Positions 25,125 through 38,919 of a stretch of 64,000 nucleotides of DNA are shown here, piece after piece. Below the pieces are notes generated by a model. It saw nothing but the letters and a program-made list of their open reading frames with translations. It was not told the DNA's origin and searched no databases. A program made the translations under genes and the position numbers. The first letter of the stretch is position 1. Every line of letters begins with the position of its first letter. Origin of the DNA: Anthoceros angustus (Eukaryota; Plantae; Anthocerotophyta); the NCBI GenBank assembly GCA_010909165.1, contig MU008163.1, forward strand, positions 744,001 to 808,000, in the 5' to 3' direction.

Positions 25125-26735
25125 GTGACATTCCTTCCTTACAATTTTCACACACAATCCACGGCCTTGACCTCTCCCTACACTCTACAGCAGAACGGAG
25201 TAGCTGAGCGTTTAAATCTAACCTTGCAAGAGATGACATCCTCTTTGTTACATCATTCTCAACTTCCTCTAGCTTATTGGGCTGAAGCTCTAATGACGTC
25301 AACATATCTTCGCAATAGGTTACCTACAAACGCTGTCGCTGATATGATACCACATGAGGCCTTCACTGAAAGAACGCCATCCTTACTTCAGTGGAGGACC
25401 TTCGGTTGTCTTGCATATGCCTATATTCCTAAAGAAAAGAGCAAGGAATTTTGAGACAAGGCTCGGAAGCTACTTATGCTGGGCTATACATAAGGCATTA
25501 AAGCCTATAAGCTGTATGATGTCCCTCATCACAAAGTCATCTACTCCAGAAGTGTTACCTTTGACGAAAGCCGCGCTTGGGTTTCAGTGAGAGTTAATCT
25601 TCCCTCTGAGGGTGCAGTAGATGATAGCTTCGATGTCCTTCCAGCAGTTACTACTTTTGATTCTGGAACCCAGCTCCATTTTGAGGACATTTTTCTTGCA
25701 TGTGGGGATGATGGTCCTGATGTGGTAGAGATAGCTGCTGATGATCAGTTGGAACCATGATACAGGACTAGGTAGCTCAGGAACAAAATCCTTCAACACC
25801 TGATCTGGTGGATGCGGATGCAGCTGATGGTGAGCCATTCAGTCTGAATATGATTCGCTGATAGAGAATGGAACTTTAGAACTTGCTAAGTTACCTCCAG
25901 GAAGACATATGGTATCTTGTAAATGGGTCTTTAAACTGAAAGTCAAAGTTAATGGCACATTCGACAGGTATAAGGCAAGACTGGTTGTGAGAGGGTTTTC
26001 ATAAGTACCAGGCTTGGACTACTTGGAAACCTTTGCTCCTGTTGTTAAGCTTGCCACCCTTCGAACATTATGCGTAGTGTCAGCTTATAAGGACTATGAG
26101 TTAAAGATGTTTGATGTGAAGAGGAACTACGTCAACTTGGTTTTGTCAAAAGCCAGGCAGATGACAGCCTATACATATACATTAAGGGTAGCTTTATGTG
26201 TTACCTGACAATATATGTAGATGATTTGATTCCGTCAAACAATAGTCAGAGTTTTATAAATGATCTAACAGACATGCTTGCTATCAAGTTTAAGATGTCA
26301 AATCTTGGACCCCTTCAGAGTTGTCTCGTCATTCACATTCAGAGGAATAGGAGTACTAGAATTATAACCTTAACACAACCTAGATACTTGCTGGATAGTG
26401 CTAAACAAATGGGTCTGAAAGATGCTAAGCTTGCTGCCACACCCCTGCCAAGCGGACAGAAGCTAAGTAACAGCATGTCTCCAGTCACAGATGGTGAGAA
26501 GGCATAGATGATGAATATACCTTATAGACAAGGAGTAGGGAAACTTATCTATGCCGCAAACACCTCTCGTCTAGAAGTCGCTTATGGTATAAGCATTCTT
26601 TCGCAATACCTTGAAAACCCTGGACAACAGCATTGGTCAAGTGTTAAGCATGTATTTCGTTATTCGAAGGGAACACCACACAGAGGCATCAAGTACTGCT
26701 ATAAAAAATGAAAAGATCTTGATCTTACAGTTTAC
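25125..26735 (+). mobile_element. Ty1/Copia pol remnant (integrase end to RT), internally deleted
   Basis: SPYTLQQNGVAERLN..YWAEALMTSTYLRNRLP; CKWVFKLK..YKARLV; DYLETFAPVVKLAT; IYVDDL. Confidence 0.92.
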
Positions 26736-29275
26736 CTAATGCAACACTTGGAACGCCCTTCGAGAGCCCATCCAGCAACGGCGGGTTTGGGGAGCTGGCA
26801 CAGAAGCTTGAAGGACCCGCATTGTGGGATATGACCGCGCTTCGGGTGCAAATGATCAACGCCCGCCTTCCAGGCAAGCCAATTTGGCAGTGGGATCATG
26901 CAATTGCTCTTTCTGGCGGGACTACGCATTGCACAAGCGTCTGGATTGGAGGCGTCCACCACGCATCGGCCCCTCCGGGCGAAACGGCAGAGGTGGGGTA
27001 GTGCAGAAGGAGGCGAGGAGGCCCAGCGCAGAAGGCTTGCGACTGCGCGGCCAGGCTGGACCAGCCTGGCGAAGCCAGTGAAGGCGGCGAGGAGGCGGAA
27101 GCCGCTGCTAAGACCGACCGCGATCACTATCGGCGTGATCGAAACCGGTAGAGGGAGATGGCGGAGCTAAAGGCAGGATGAGCAGGAGGCGAGGAGGCGA
27201 GGAGGCGAGGCGAGCGGTGGCGGGCACCATGCTTAGGAGAAGGAAGCCCGCGACAAGGAGATGGAGGATCTCCGGACTCGATTCTTGAGGTGGAGCAACA
27301 AGCGGAGATGGAAGACCGCAAGGAGACCACAGGCTGCGGCTCAAGTTACCATTGAGCGAGCGGCAATCTGCGGGCGTGATCACGGATCACGAGCGAGAGA
27401 TAAGCGGCTCCGGCTCATTGGCGGACGGAGGAGGCGAGGAGGCGATGGAACAAGGAGGTGACGCCAAATGGAGAAGGACATGGGGACGGACCCGGACCCG
27501 GACCCGGACCCCGGTAGAGAGGAGATGGCGGAGCTAAAGGCAGGATGAGCAGGAGGCGAGAGCCTTTGGGCCTTGAGAAAAGCTGCTGGTCCGGTTAAGG
27601 AAGGCGGAAGCGGCTCACCGGTGGCGATGTTGAAGGCGAGGAGGCGAGGAGGCGAGGAGGCGAGGAGGCGATGGAACAAGGCGGGGAGGTGACCGAGGCG
27701 TCCTTGTGGCCTCATGCGAGATTCGGCCCAGTTCAATTGTCAAACTGGCGGAGATGGTCCAAAGCGGACAAGACGCTCCCCGAGCACCAATGGCGAAAGG
27801 AGTATCGGGTGCTCCGCACATGTGGAAGAGGCAATCCAAAGAAATTGACTCGGATTTTGCCTATTACCACGCTGAGCTCCTTAAGGCATTGGAAGCCTCT
27901 CAGCGCCCGCTACAAACGGACGGACCCCCGGAAGGCTCAGAAGGAGATGAAGGACATGGGGACAGCACAGGGACCCTAGTCGCCCTGTTTCGAGACGACG
28001 GCAGCGGGGGAGAGGAGCCTCAGGAGGAGTAGGACGCGGCCAATACAACGGACCTCGGGGTAAGTCCACCGCAACCTGTCCGGGAGGATAGAGATGGGGG
28101 CCACGGAGGAGGCGGAAGGAAAATCAACCCACCCAAGACAAGGGTCGGTGGGTGAGATGAGGCCTGGCAGTGGGTGGTCCGAGATAAGGGGTCCGAGCTT
28201 GGGGACGGACCCCGGTAATAAGTCGGACCTTGAGGTCCGAACCCGAAGATGAGACCGGACCCGGACCCGGACCCGGACTCGGGAAAAGGCACTCAAGTTC
28301 GAGACTCGGAGTCGAGACCGGACCCCGAGGTCCGACTCGAAGCAAGGAGGTCCCCCGACTTCTGGGGGAGGCGGTGGGTTGGTGGCCCCTACCGGAGGGA
28401 CCCACTTTCGGGGCCACGGAGGAAGACGTTAGGTAACGTGGTCGCCGACCGGCAGTATAACTGAAAGGAGGGTCAAGCACGCTATGGTATACCACAATGT
28501 GTGATCAAAAAATAAGTGACCCATGCAACACTCGAGTCACGGGATCGAGAAGTTAAGTAATCTTTTTTTCGGGCATTCCGACTTGTGGTTTGGATCACTT
28601 TCTTTATTCAAATATGTGCATACGATGTCGTACCGGCATGAAGCTGACTAGCGCTGCCGCGCCCGTCATCTTCACGCCCCGGCGGAGTAAGGTAGCTGCG
28701 ACTCCTCGTCCTTCCAGTTACGCCCGAGACACTTCGCAGATTTTGGAAGCGCCGCCTACCCGCCTTCACAATGCGCTCGCCTCGCTTGGAGCGGCAAAGG
28801 GAGGAAGCCGGTGGGAGCAAAGGCGCAAGGTGTGTTTTGGGCTTCTTCTATAAGCCATGCCTCTTGTCTGCCCGCAGCTCTTTTTCTGCGTAGGAAGCGG
28901 CTCACCGGTGGCGATGTTGAAGGCGGGAACACCTCCCAGCAATTGGGCTCTTGCTCGGATGCAAGAGGGAGCAGCAGAGGAGCCTCGATACCAGTGTCCA
29001 GGTAGAGTTTCTGCCCTGAACTACGGTTTCTAGAGTGTGTAAGCGAGGTTGCGCAGTGGCTATGCTTTTTTGTGTAGCCCCCCTAATGTGTTTGCTTCAG
29101 CACTTTTTGTGTTCGGTTGCGTGCAAGCTTTGCAATTGAAGCATGCGGATGGTTGTTGTGGTGTGGCGACAGGCTTGTTTGCATGTTTGTTGTGGCATGA
29201 GCGCATAGCTGGAGGGTTGTTGTGGAGGGTTTTGTGTGGTGACGGGCACAGAACTAGGGAGTCGCAATTGTGCAC

Positions 29276-29320
29276 GCTCGGCCGCGTGCTCGGCCGCGTG
29301 CTCGGCCGCGTGCTCGGCCG
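29276..29320. repeat. 12-bp tandem repeat GCTCGGCCGCGT x~4
   Basis: Directly visible. Confidence 0.9.
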
Positions 29321-29577
29321 CAGCGTCTTGAGAGCGATTGCTGAGCAAGCATGCTGAATCGCCTTGCCGTGGCCAGGCGATCGTGCTCGTCACTTGCACG
29401 TGTTGAGCACGGCTACCTCACCTTGCTCAGCACTTGCACTTGCTGAGCATGGATGACTTGTGTTTGAGACTACATGTGTGTTTGGCTAAAGAGGCTGACT
29501 ACTTGTGTGTGCAGTGCGTGACTAAGTGTGTGGCTGTGTCTGGTGGGTGTGTATCTTGGGTGGGATCTCTGTGTGGT

Positions 29578-31440
29578 ATGTTTTCCAGTAGGCAACGGGT
29601 GGAATCCTCTGTCCACGAAACCGAGAGCGAGGAGTCCGGTGAGAGTGCCACCAGTGGTGAGGTAGAAGAGTCTCAACCTAGCAAGGCACAGCGTGGGACG
29701 TCTAATAGTAGGATTGTGCAAAGAAGCAAGAAGGGGAGGGAGCGGCGAGCTGCTAAGCGAGGAGGAGTAATAGATGCCATCTGGGGATCTCCCAAAAGGC
29801 CTCTAACTACAGTCGTGGCGGGGCCGATGGGCGGCTACGGTCAAGGGTGCAATGTTCGAGACACATGCATCGTAGGGGCCTTGCGAGATCGAGTTGGAGG
29901 GGCTGATGCAATCCGGTCTTGGTTTGGAGCTCCATGTGCGAACGAGGGCTACAAGTGGAAGCAAACGGACAGGTTGACCAATGAAGAGTACCAGAAGGTG
30001 GACGACCTCGTCTACCATATATATGGGGTGAGGCCCTCCATAGATGGCAAAAGGATCCCTCGCCTTATGTGCCTTGGTATTGTAATGGAGAAGGTGGAGG
30101 GTGTCATGGTAGAGGAACAAGTACAAGATGGCGGTAGCGAAGGCATTGAGAAGCACGCCAAGACACGGAGGAGAAAAGGCTGGAGAAGGTGAAGGCAGCC
30201 GGATTGCTTGGAGATGGAGTGTCACGACAGGCGATCTCGTGGTACATGAGGGCACAGCCCCAAGGGAGCAGCTGGGCATGGTAGTAAGTACTTACTCATT
30301 TTTGTTGTGGTGGACAAGAGTGGTGCAGTGGCCGCAGTGTTGCCTTTATGCTTGTGATATTTGATTTTTAGAGTGCAGCTTTGGGTACAATCTATGTCAA
30401 TCGATCCGCCCAGCGAACAAGTTCTCTGGTCGTTTCGTGTCACTCGGTCATGCCGGGTAACACAGGTGTCACTTGGCATGCCTTTATGATGTGCACCGAT
30501 CCGAGTTCGGAGGCGCTAAAAGCATGCTAGGTATTACACATGGCACATGGCATCCACATGCATGGCACATGGCACGATAGGTGTGGTGTCCTCCTCTGAC
30601 TATGCTATGTGGTGTGAGCATTGTGTCACCCCTAATGACCCCGTGTTGTGTGCGGCAGTGCGGGAACCTCAACTCGGCAGACGGTGCAAGAGCTCTGGAG
30701 CACCTCGCCCGTGGAGCGGAGGGGCCAGCGCAATTGCTTTGGGTGGGACACTGTCCGCCAATGCCAAAGCAGCAAAAGCCCTCCTAATTGAGGAGAAGCA
30801 ACGGCTTGGGGAAGTGGCGTTCGATATTCGAAAAGTTTACAGGAGATGGAAGAGGCATCAAGTTATACAATGCGATGGAGGATACACGATCTTCACAGCG
30901 TCGTTGGTGAATCACCTAGGGCAACAACTTCAAGAACTGTATGGTCTAGAGAAGGAGCATTGCGGAAGGTGGAGGAGCTAGCAGAGGGTGGCATCAAGAC
31001 ATACGAGCAAGATAGGCGGCAAGCGTGGTTGACGCAGTGAGTGCACGACTAAAGGCTGCGGTGGACAGGACGGAGGGTCAAGGGCAAGGTACCGGATGGG
31101 CTCCAGCACCCTTGGAGAGGCGGAGTGCCCTAACCATCCCCGTTAATGCCTGTCCAATTTGCTCAAGGTAGTCTGCAATCATTTTTCTTTAAAGATGCCT
31201 ATCACTTTACTGCAGAACAAGGCTAACGGCTTTTGTCCCTATATTGCAGATACTTTGGCTTCTGTGAACAAGTGTTGTTGTCTTGTGGGCACATGTACCA
31301 CGAGCCGTGCTTGTGGCGGCATTTGCGACAAACACTTGTGCCCTCAAGCTGTGTGCTCGAAGTTGACCCCGATGGCTTGCCAAAGGCTGGACAATGCCAA
31401 ACTCAAGCTGTGAAAATGAAGGGTGTGGCTGGTTAAGGAA
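29578..31440 (+). pseudogene. Accessory gene of the Sola2-like element, ending in a RING-H2-like finger
   Basis: ORF 29434-30192, Cys/His-rich segment ~30550-30660, then C..C..LSCGHMYHEPCL at ~31233-31312; probable introns. Confidence 0.5.
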
Positions 31441-32054
31441 TGGGAGTCTGATTTCTTCAATCTAGTGAAAGATCCTGACCAGTTCCTCACTGGATAAAGT
31501 TCAGCGTCGTGTTCGCCAAGACATCTGCCCGCATCTCCAGTACCTATGTTCGACTTCTGGATTTCGTCATTCTTGAGGTGCATTCGACCATGATTTGACA
31601 TGATCGTGGCTTTGTGTTGTCTCCTTTGCGGCATGCTACGAAAGCCCCTTCTAAGTAGTGGGTCTCGGCGTGTTCACAGAATACGCGAGTTTATTTAACA
31701 TGACTCCTTCTCGCGGCAAGGATCGTTGGGATCCATTGCGGTGTACCGGCGACGGAGGGCGGGGGTTAGGGTTGCTACCCCTTCGTGAGGAAGCCGGAGG
31801 CCGTGCATGTGGAGAGACGCCACAAGTGGGGAGCGGCTTGACACGGGGATGCATGATGAGTCGATTGTGAAAGACAGACGGCTCCCCTGGACGTTATGGA
31901 GGCTATGGAAGCACTAGAGGCTGCGATGCCATGGAAGAACATGCCATCGTGTGGTCAACATGCCATCACGGGGTGCTCCTTTGGTGCCTCCTGGGAGTAG
32001 GGTAGTGGATAATGAGGCGACACGATAGATGTGGGGTTGGTGCGGATCAAGTGG

Positions 32055-32220
32055 CACCACTAGATGTGGGCGGTGTCGGTCGAGGCAGCACCACTAGATG
32101 TGGAGTCAAGGCGGGGTTGGTGTCCGTCAGTGGTGCACTAGATGTGGAGTCAAGGCATTGGGTTGGTGTCCGTCAGTGGTGCACTAGATGTGGAGTCAAG
32201 GCGGAGTTGGTGTCGTTTCA
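32055..32220. repeat. ~44-48-bp tandem repeat (cactagatgtggagtcaaggc..ggttggtgtc)
   Basis: About 4 imperfect units. Confidence 0.85.
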
Positions 32221-32472
32221 AGTGGCACATGGCGGATCTGTACTTGAGGTGGCAAAGGGACACTAGAAATAGACATGAGTCGGCGGATCCGGAGCCATCA
32301 CAAAGAAGGAGAAGAGTAATCAAGTGACTCCGGTCGATCGTGACTGCAGTCACTCCGGCTCGATCGTAACTCACTCTCTGAGTCGGTCCGTGAGCGGAGG
32401 GAGGACGAACAAGGGGATCAAGCGGAGGCAGCGATTAAAACAACTAAGCCAAAACGGCCAACCCGACAGAAG

Positions 32473-32889
32473 GTGGTAGCAGAACCTGTGGACCCAAGTG
32501 TGCGGGAATTGGAGCCCAGGGACAACTACATGGTGGCAGCTGAGGCTGAAAATGATGAAAAAGTTGACTTCTATGTCCTGAAGTGCGTCAGGGGAGTTCA
32601 CAAGCTAGCTGCCTACATCGAGAGGGACGTGTGGAATAGTGACCCTCTTCCTAAGGGCACTGAGGCTGTCGAGGGCAACTACTACCGGCAGGTGGAGCCG
32701 GGTATATATGAGCTTTTGAACAGGGGGAAAACAGGGGCACCAGTTGTCTTGCGTGCAAGCTTGGTGAAAGCGACGAAGTTCCTCCTCGAGGAACAAGAGA
32801 AGATGGAGCCCAATAACAGAAGCAGGTGCTGTTCGGATGGATCCGGCAACAACGGCAATGTTAAAGGCTGCTTGTACAAATCGGCCTAA
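32473..32889 (+). CDS. Small ORF paralogous to the Sola2-like transposase C-terminal domain
   Basis: EPRDNYMVAAEAE..VDFYVLKC..EAVEGNYY resembles EVGDNFVVAADG..ATFY..C..DIVVGQYY at ~34100-34265 (-). Confidence 0.5.
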   Translation: MVAEPVDPSVRELEPRDNYMVAAEAENDEKVDFYVLKCVRGVHKLAAYIERDVWNSDPLPKGTEAVEGNYYRQVEPGIYELLNRGKTGAPVVLRASLVKATKFLLEEQEKMEPNNRSRCCSDGSGNNGNVKGCLYKSA

Positions 32890-33949
32890 GTAGAGTCGTG
32901 TTGTAGATCACGCTACATTGTTGGTCATAGCTGCTCACAAACATTGAATCAATGCGGTACCTCGGGTTTTGATTGGATCCGAAGAAATTAGATCCAAGTC
33001 CAAGTGACACACTTTTGAGTCCTTAGGCAACTAGTGTTGCGGAACTTGCGGAGATTGTCGAAATATAAGATCTAAAATTGCCACCATTGCTCGCGGGGTT
33101 TCGCTATGTCACTGGCGCTCGCTCTCGGATAGATTGAAAACATAGATACATGTAGAGACCGGTGAAGTTGTGCGATTACATGCGACGCAAATAAATGCGG
33201 TACCACACATGGGCAAGCTACCATCACGGATAGCTTGAGACTCAACCCTCACGAGTCACATGCGGAATGGCCCCCATCGAACGTGGATTTACGGGTGTCC
33301 GCGCTTGTAAGGTGTTCGGTCGGGGAGGAGTCACATCGGGTCATCCTCCTCGTCCGCCAATCGGTGATTACCGCTTTGCTCATGCGCCCGCAGCGCTGAC
33401 GCACGAAGTCCCGCCGACCTTGCCGGATCACACGCTAAGCGCTGCGCAACTCGACCGCAATTGCAGTCCAGTGCGCTATTTGCTCAGCAACTGTCCCTGC
33501 AGGCACTAGGGGATCGACACGAGGGTGGCGCCGGGCCATCACACCTACCATTGCCGCAACTCTCGGGTCCCCTCTTTCTCCGCCCTCTCGTCGCCAGCCA
33601 CTGCGGCCATTGTGGCTCTTCACACAGCCACGGGACTAAAGACGGGTCTTCTTGAGAGGAAGCCATGGCGACTTCTTTCCAAATGGTCCCCTTTTACTAA
33701 GACATGGCGGTGAAGTCAAAAGTTCACAAGTGCCTTTGTGTGCAACAACACTAGGGTGTGTCCTGCGTGCGCACTAGACATGGCAAGTGGTGTACCCATT
33801 TTGTGGCCCATGCAACCGGAGTGCCATCAACACCACATCGGCCATGAAAATTGGCGTCAAGCCTCAAGTGTGCCGACGATTTAGCCCTAATCAAAACAGT
33901 GGGTCTTCCCTCGGCCCTTCCTAACAAGGACCTTATAAAGACACGAGCG

Positions 33950-36900
33950 TCTCTAAAGTGTCCGGTCTAACTCAAATACCTCACGACCATCTAACACTCG
34001 CTGGAAGAGTGCAAACTTGCAAGTGTGCACCGTTGCAGCAGGGAGTATGCACTGCTTCATCCGGTCTAGGGTGTAAACATGACCGTCGCTCAAGCCCCAC
34101 AGTAATATTGGCCCACTACAATATCATCGCACCGGGAGGAAAGTACGAAGGCTCCAAGGACATGTTCTTGCCACATCGGTTTGTGGGAAGCAACGGTGCA
34201 CCTAACCGTAGAAAGTTGCACCTTGCCCGTCTGCAGCCACAACAAAGTTATCGCCTACCTCCGAGCGCGCCATATCGTGAGGTCCTCGAGGCTTCCTCAT
34301 CGCCTTCGTTGCTGGATCGTGTGGCGTCTCAACGTGGTCATCAACCAACGATGTTCCACATCGTTGTCGAGTTGCTACTATTCTGTCGCTCGGCCGTCGG
34401 CGGGCTTTAACGATATATGGCGCGATTCCTCGGTGAAACCTTTGTTTCACATCTTTGCATGGTCCGTCCATGCAAGCCCCACAAAAGCAAGCCAAGTGTC
34501 TCATTTTCACCCGTGGATTCAAAGCATCTTGAGAATACCCATAAATGGAGTGCATGCTCTTGGAACTGGGATCGAGGCACACCCCACTTTTGTCTCCTAT
34601 TGACATCCGTCTTCCCAATCAGACGCTTGACCGCCTTTCACCATTGGTGTATGAGGATCTTTGCCGTTAGAGATTGAGCTACGAGAAACCACCACATCGG
34701 CCTTGCAATCTCACCGAGGAAGGAGACAATTCTTGACTCTCAACGCCGCTTCAAGATGGCACCAGCCGTCATGTTCTCCCTTCCGTGTCGACCAAGTAAC
34801 TCCAAAGCATATTGCATCCGCCAGTTAGGCTAGGTATCTGGCTACAAAGTAACTAGGCCTGCAGGCCTTGAACTGGGAAGCAGCCCCATCACTCCACATC
34901 CAGTGCTCCGTGGTCTCCTATACCGCTGCCCAGCAACCACTCCCGATGTAGCATGAGACAATCTTTGGACAAAAGGGTGTCATGTTGCATGTCATCGCTG
35001 ATGTAAAAATGGTAGAACTTTTCAACGTTGCAAAACGGGTCCTCCTCCACAATTGGACCAGTTCTCATGTACGAAACATGCACAAGAATTGTAACCTGAT
35101 CACTGTGCCAATGCATGCTTTGGATCTCGTTATGCACTTGGAAGGCGTAGTTTTGTGAGAAATCAATCACTGAGACGATGACATCCTCTGGAAACCATTC
35201 TAGACATCTGCGAAACTCATAAGCTTGCCATCGCTGAACAAAATCATGGGTGATGAAATGTTTCAACTTGCCTTTTAGGAACTCTACCATTTCGACGGGT
35301 GAGTTTCCAGTATACAAGCTTGATTCGAGACTTGGAAGTGCCGTCTTCATTACGCCCAACGTGGTGGTATTCAAAACAACGCCACTTCAATGTAGCGGGC
35401 AACAAGTTTGTTGTGACCTCCTTGGACAAAGCCCTAGCTTCAACCCCACAAAGATTGCAATTCCCCATTAAACACTTCCGCTTATGGAATTCATCGTCAT
35501 GTGCTTTAGGGCACAATACGTGAACCGGTTCACGCCGAGCCAAAGCAGGCTGCGCCGTCCGTCAAAGCACCTTCCCTTGGCACAGACAAGGACATGAGCA
35601 TGTAGATCTCAAGTGAACCTTTGATTGGACACGCGGAGCTGGTTGAGAGCATCCTTTAGAAATGCCATTTCAACGTGATACTGCAGCAACACGTTCGCTC
35701 CGCAAGGATTTGATGTAGAAGGGTTTCAACCTCTCAAAGGCACGGCCTATCTTGATCTCGGGATCGACTTGAATCGGAGGAAGAACTCCGTCTGCATCAC
35801 AAACAACAAGGGACCACAAGTGTAAGAGACTACATCGAGCGTAGAACAACGCAAGTGCAACGGACACTTCAAGCTGCGGCATGGTCGGGCGGTGGTGCAG
35901 CAACTTCAAATTGTGACAATGAACCCCATCAAGTGATGAAGCTGTCCTAAAAGTGTAATCTCGCAAGTGCCGACATCTTGAATAGCAGTGGCATCGGCAC
36001 CATGCGATGTGAGACAACGCTTGGTATGAGTTGTTAGCACCCGAGTGGCTGAGTGAAAGCGCTGCAGCCACAATGTTGGATAGGACTCCACTAGCGCTAG
36101 GACCATCTTCCACACGGACCAACCAACCACAAGCGCTACCACACAATGAACCCCATGATGTGGTAAACAACGAAGGAAACCCCAACATACCACCGTGAGG
36201 TATCGAGGAAGTGCGTGATATGCACGATACACAAACGGGCCACCACCGCTGGCATCCTTGAGCTCGAGGAAGGGCGTGAGGAGTTCTCCCAAAACTGGAC
36301 AATTAAATCCCTCACAGTTGTGCTCAAGGAATCTGATCTAACCTTCCGCCCTGCACCACACCATTGGTGGCCCTGTTCTGCGATGTCCAATTGGCAAAGG
36401 GTTTGCACATGCCGCGCCACAACTCGTCTATTGACCCCCAGAACACGCCCCATGGCAGCCGCTCCTGCTTCTTGCATGACATCCTTGGACAAAACAATGT
36501 TCATGAAAGTTTGCCGAGCTCTCAACTTGTCCGCAACTTGCACACTTTGTAGACTCCTCATAGCTGACCTGATGTTCTCCAGAGCTTGATTTGTGGCTTT
36601 TCGAGTCCGGCTTTCCTCCCCTTAGCACGAAATCTCTTGAATCACGAAGTGTAGAGAACGCCTCCAAAATCCTCCTCCTCCCACGCCCACTATAGTGACG
36701 AGTCCTCCGCAAAAAGAAGGACCCTAACTCCCGAGCAACCGCTTTGCAGCCTTCGTCGGAGGGCTCCCTTAAACCGGAAGTGTCGAGCAACTCCTTCTGT
36801 CGCGCTCGACACCGCCTTGACCTTTCAGTGGCTGACAAGCGTGATGATGCGGCAGCTCCGCTTGCAGGTGCCACCCGAACTTCATGTGTCTCTACAGCCT

Positions 36901-37300
36901 GATTTTCTTGAGACCCTGGATGCACAATCTCAAAAAGGTGAGATGGCAACAATTCTTCCGCGCATTGTTGATCATTGTCCGTTCACTTGGTTGAGCTGGT
37001 GTTTGTTGATCATTGCCCCCACCATCGCGGAGTGACAAATCGCCACTCTATTAGCCGGTGAGGAGCACTTGAGTGGCAATCGCCACACCGCATGTTTAGC
37101 TCCTCTGCCATCTCCAACGACGCTTCCAAGCGGCGTGCTTGGCACGACACGGCAGACGTTTGTTGCTGTTGGAGCCATCTCTTGAGTTGTTTGCCAAGCA
37201 AACCACTTAGGATCTGTGACAAGTGTCTTGTGAGCCGACCGCAGCCTTCCGGGATCGGAGCGGGAGAGAGCGGTTTCGCCCCATCATCTCCTTGGCGAAG
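33950..37300 (-). pseudogene. Sola2-type DDD transposase, frameshifted
   Basis: DFSQNY..EIQSMHW..QVTIL; YISDDMQHD; WSDGAASQFK (~34868-34897); HG(K)GEHDG (~34765-34790); C-terminal LACFCGAC. Confidence 0.85.
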
Positions 37301-38544
37301 AGGGTATGGAGGGTTTGAATTTTAAATGTTAAGTGAGTTCCCCACCGTAAACTCTTTGACAAAACTAGACTCCCTCTTCCATTAAGAGAGAGAACATCTA
37401 CACGCATTCAAATTTTGATACGATATTCTCTCCCCGTTTTTGATGTGGACTCACTGTACCATATCTAGTGGTCCGTATGCTACCTTCAAAGGGAATACCC
37501 GTGAATATAGTTCAAAGCCTAATCCTACTTATTTTGCGCTGGAATTTTTGTGTACCACGACATTTGGGTGACTCTTAGCCTGAAAGTTTCAAGCCATTCG
37601 GATCAAAATTACAATATTTAAAATTTTTCCTTCAATAACATGTCCACATGTGGACAAAAACCGTGTTGCATCCGCTGCACACTTGTATGGAACACAAAGC
37701 TTGCATCTACCCAGAGTTCCCGGGAAGAGGAAGGGGTCCCCTACCATGGTCATCCGATTGGGTGCGCCATGCTGTCGGAGACGGAGATTGGACCACCAAT
37801 GTCTGAGGGGAACCCAGGACCTCCCAGCCCATTCGACGAAGGAGGTAGGAGGAAGGAATAGGATGGTGGCGGCGGTGGGAGGCGTCTTGAGGCCACCACC
37901 AATAGAGTGTACAAAGCGCCGACTTGGGCGTAGTATAAGAGGTGAGGCTCTGAATAAATCATCTTCTCTTGGTGTTGATGCCGCGTTTTCTTGCAGACCC
38001 TTGTGTGTCTTGATGCGTGGAGTCCCGGTCATGGCCGAGCCGGCTCGGAGGCAGTCAAGGTCCGTGACGACCCTAACGTGTGGTGGTGTGCGAGGGAAGA
38101 GCGGCTGGGACCTTGTTCGTCAGCGGCGGACCACGGTCGGATGGACCGGAACATGTGAGGCCGGAGGAGCTCGGGAGGCGTCTGAGCCCGGACGGAGGCC
38201 CGGTTGAGCAGCGGAGGTCCGGTGTGTAGCCAGCGTTCTTTTCAAGGTTGATAGCGTAGTGAGTGATGAGAGGAACGGACTAAAGGAAAGAGTGACGTGC
38301 GTGAACGATACGGACGCAAACGGGTCCTTAAACGTTTGGCCACACCGGGCCTGTTCGGTGAACGTTATGAGTAGTTAGGCGCAAAACGACAATTGCGTGT
38401 GTTAAAGTTGAGCGGTCGCAAAGTAAGGTGAGAATCGGTCGAAACGCGGCAACGAAGCTTATCATTCTCTTGGGAACGGACTCCTTACTACAACGACACG
38501 GGATTGTGCGAGCGAGGCTGGCCGTCAGCGAAAGTCGCGCCACA

Positions 38545-38919
38545 CCTTAAACCAACATTGCTTACATTTCATCAAGAGGGGCTGCCTCTTATACCCAAGA
38601 TCAGCCCACAAAGTAGCAGGCTTGCCAAAAATACCAACCGGGACCTTAGCCTACGAGTCCTAGAGGCCTATCTTTTAATTACATCCACTAAGAGAGAAGA
38701 TAAGATTCTGATCTATCTATAGGACATGGGCCTCACATTATTCGGGGTCACACCCCTATTATCTCTCTAGGCCTCCCTAGCCCCATGCTCTCTTGCTCTC
38801 CTCCCTCTTGGTGGTTGGGCAAACTCTCCCACAAAATCTCCACCTCCTCAGAGCTGGACTCCTCCCTCTCTTGTGCTCGCAGCATAGCCTGGTACTCCTC
38901 CTCGGTGAGCTCTTGAATC
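38545..38919 (-). mobile_element. Unclassified TE fragment, continuing at 59870-60513 (target of the TIR element)
   Basis: Removing the TIR element and one CTAG restores an open frame ...RRLSADPSRIQELTEEEYQAMLRAQ... Confidence 0.55.

Larger units (their letters stand above)
28468..37714. mobile_element. Sola2-like DNA transposon with degenerate TIRs
   Basis: Interrupts the LTR; left end gagggtcaagcacgctatggtataccacaatgtgtg resembles reverse complement of right end gggtagatgcaagctttgtgttccatacaagtgtg; inner atgcaacac/gtgttgcat; TSD not resolved. Confidence 0.65.
26990..38544 (+). mobile_element. Diverged Gypsy LTR related to the 40-52 kb LTRs, interrupted by a ~9.2-kb insertion
   Basis: 28250-28460 and 37715-38544 are collinear with LTR 40960-42061 and end in aaagtcgcgccaca; no PBS follows; 5' end not defined. 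Confidence 0.75.

Noticed and set aside
32055-32220. CRISPR-like spaced repeats
   Set aside because: The spacers are themselves repeated, there are no cas genes and the context is eukaryotic; a simple tandem repeat.
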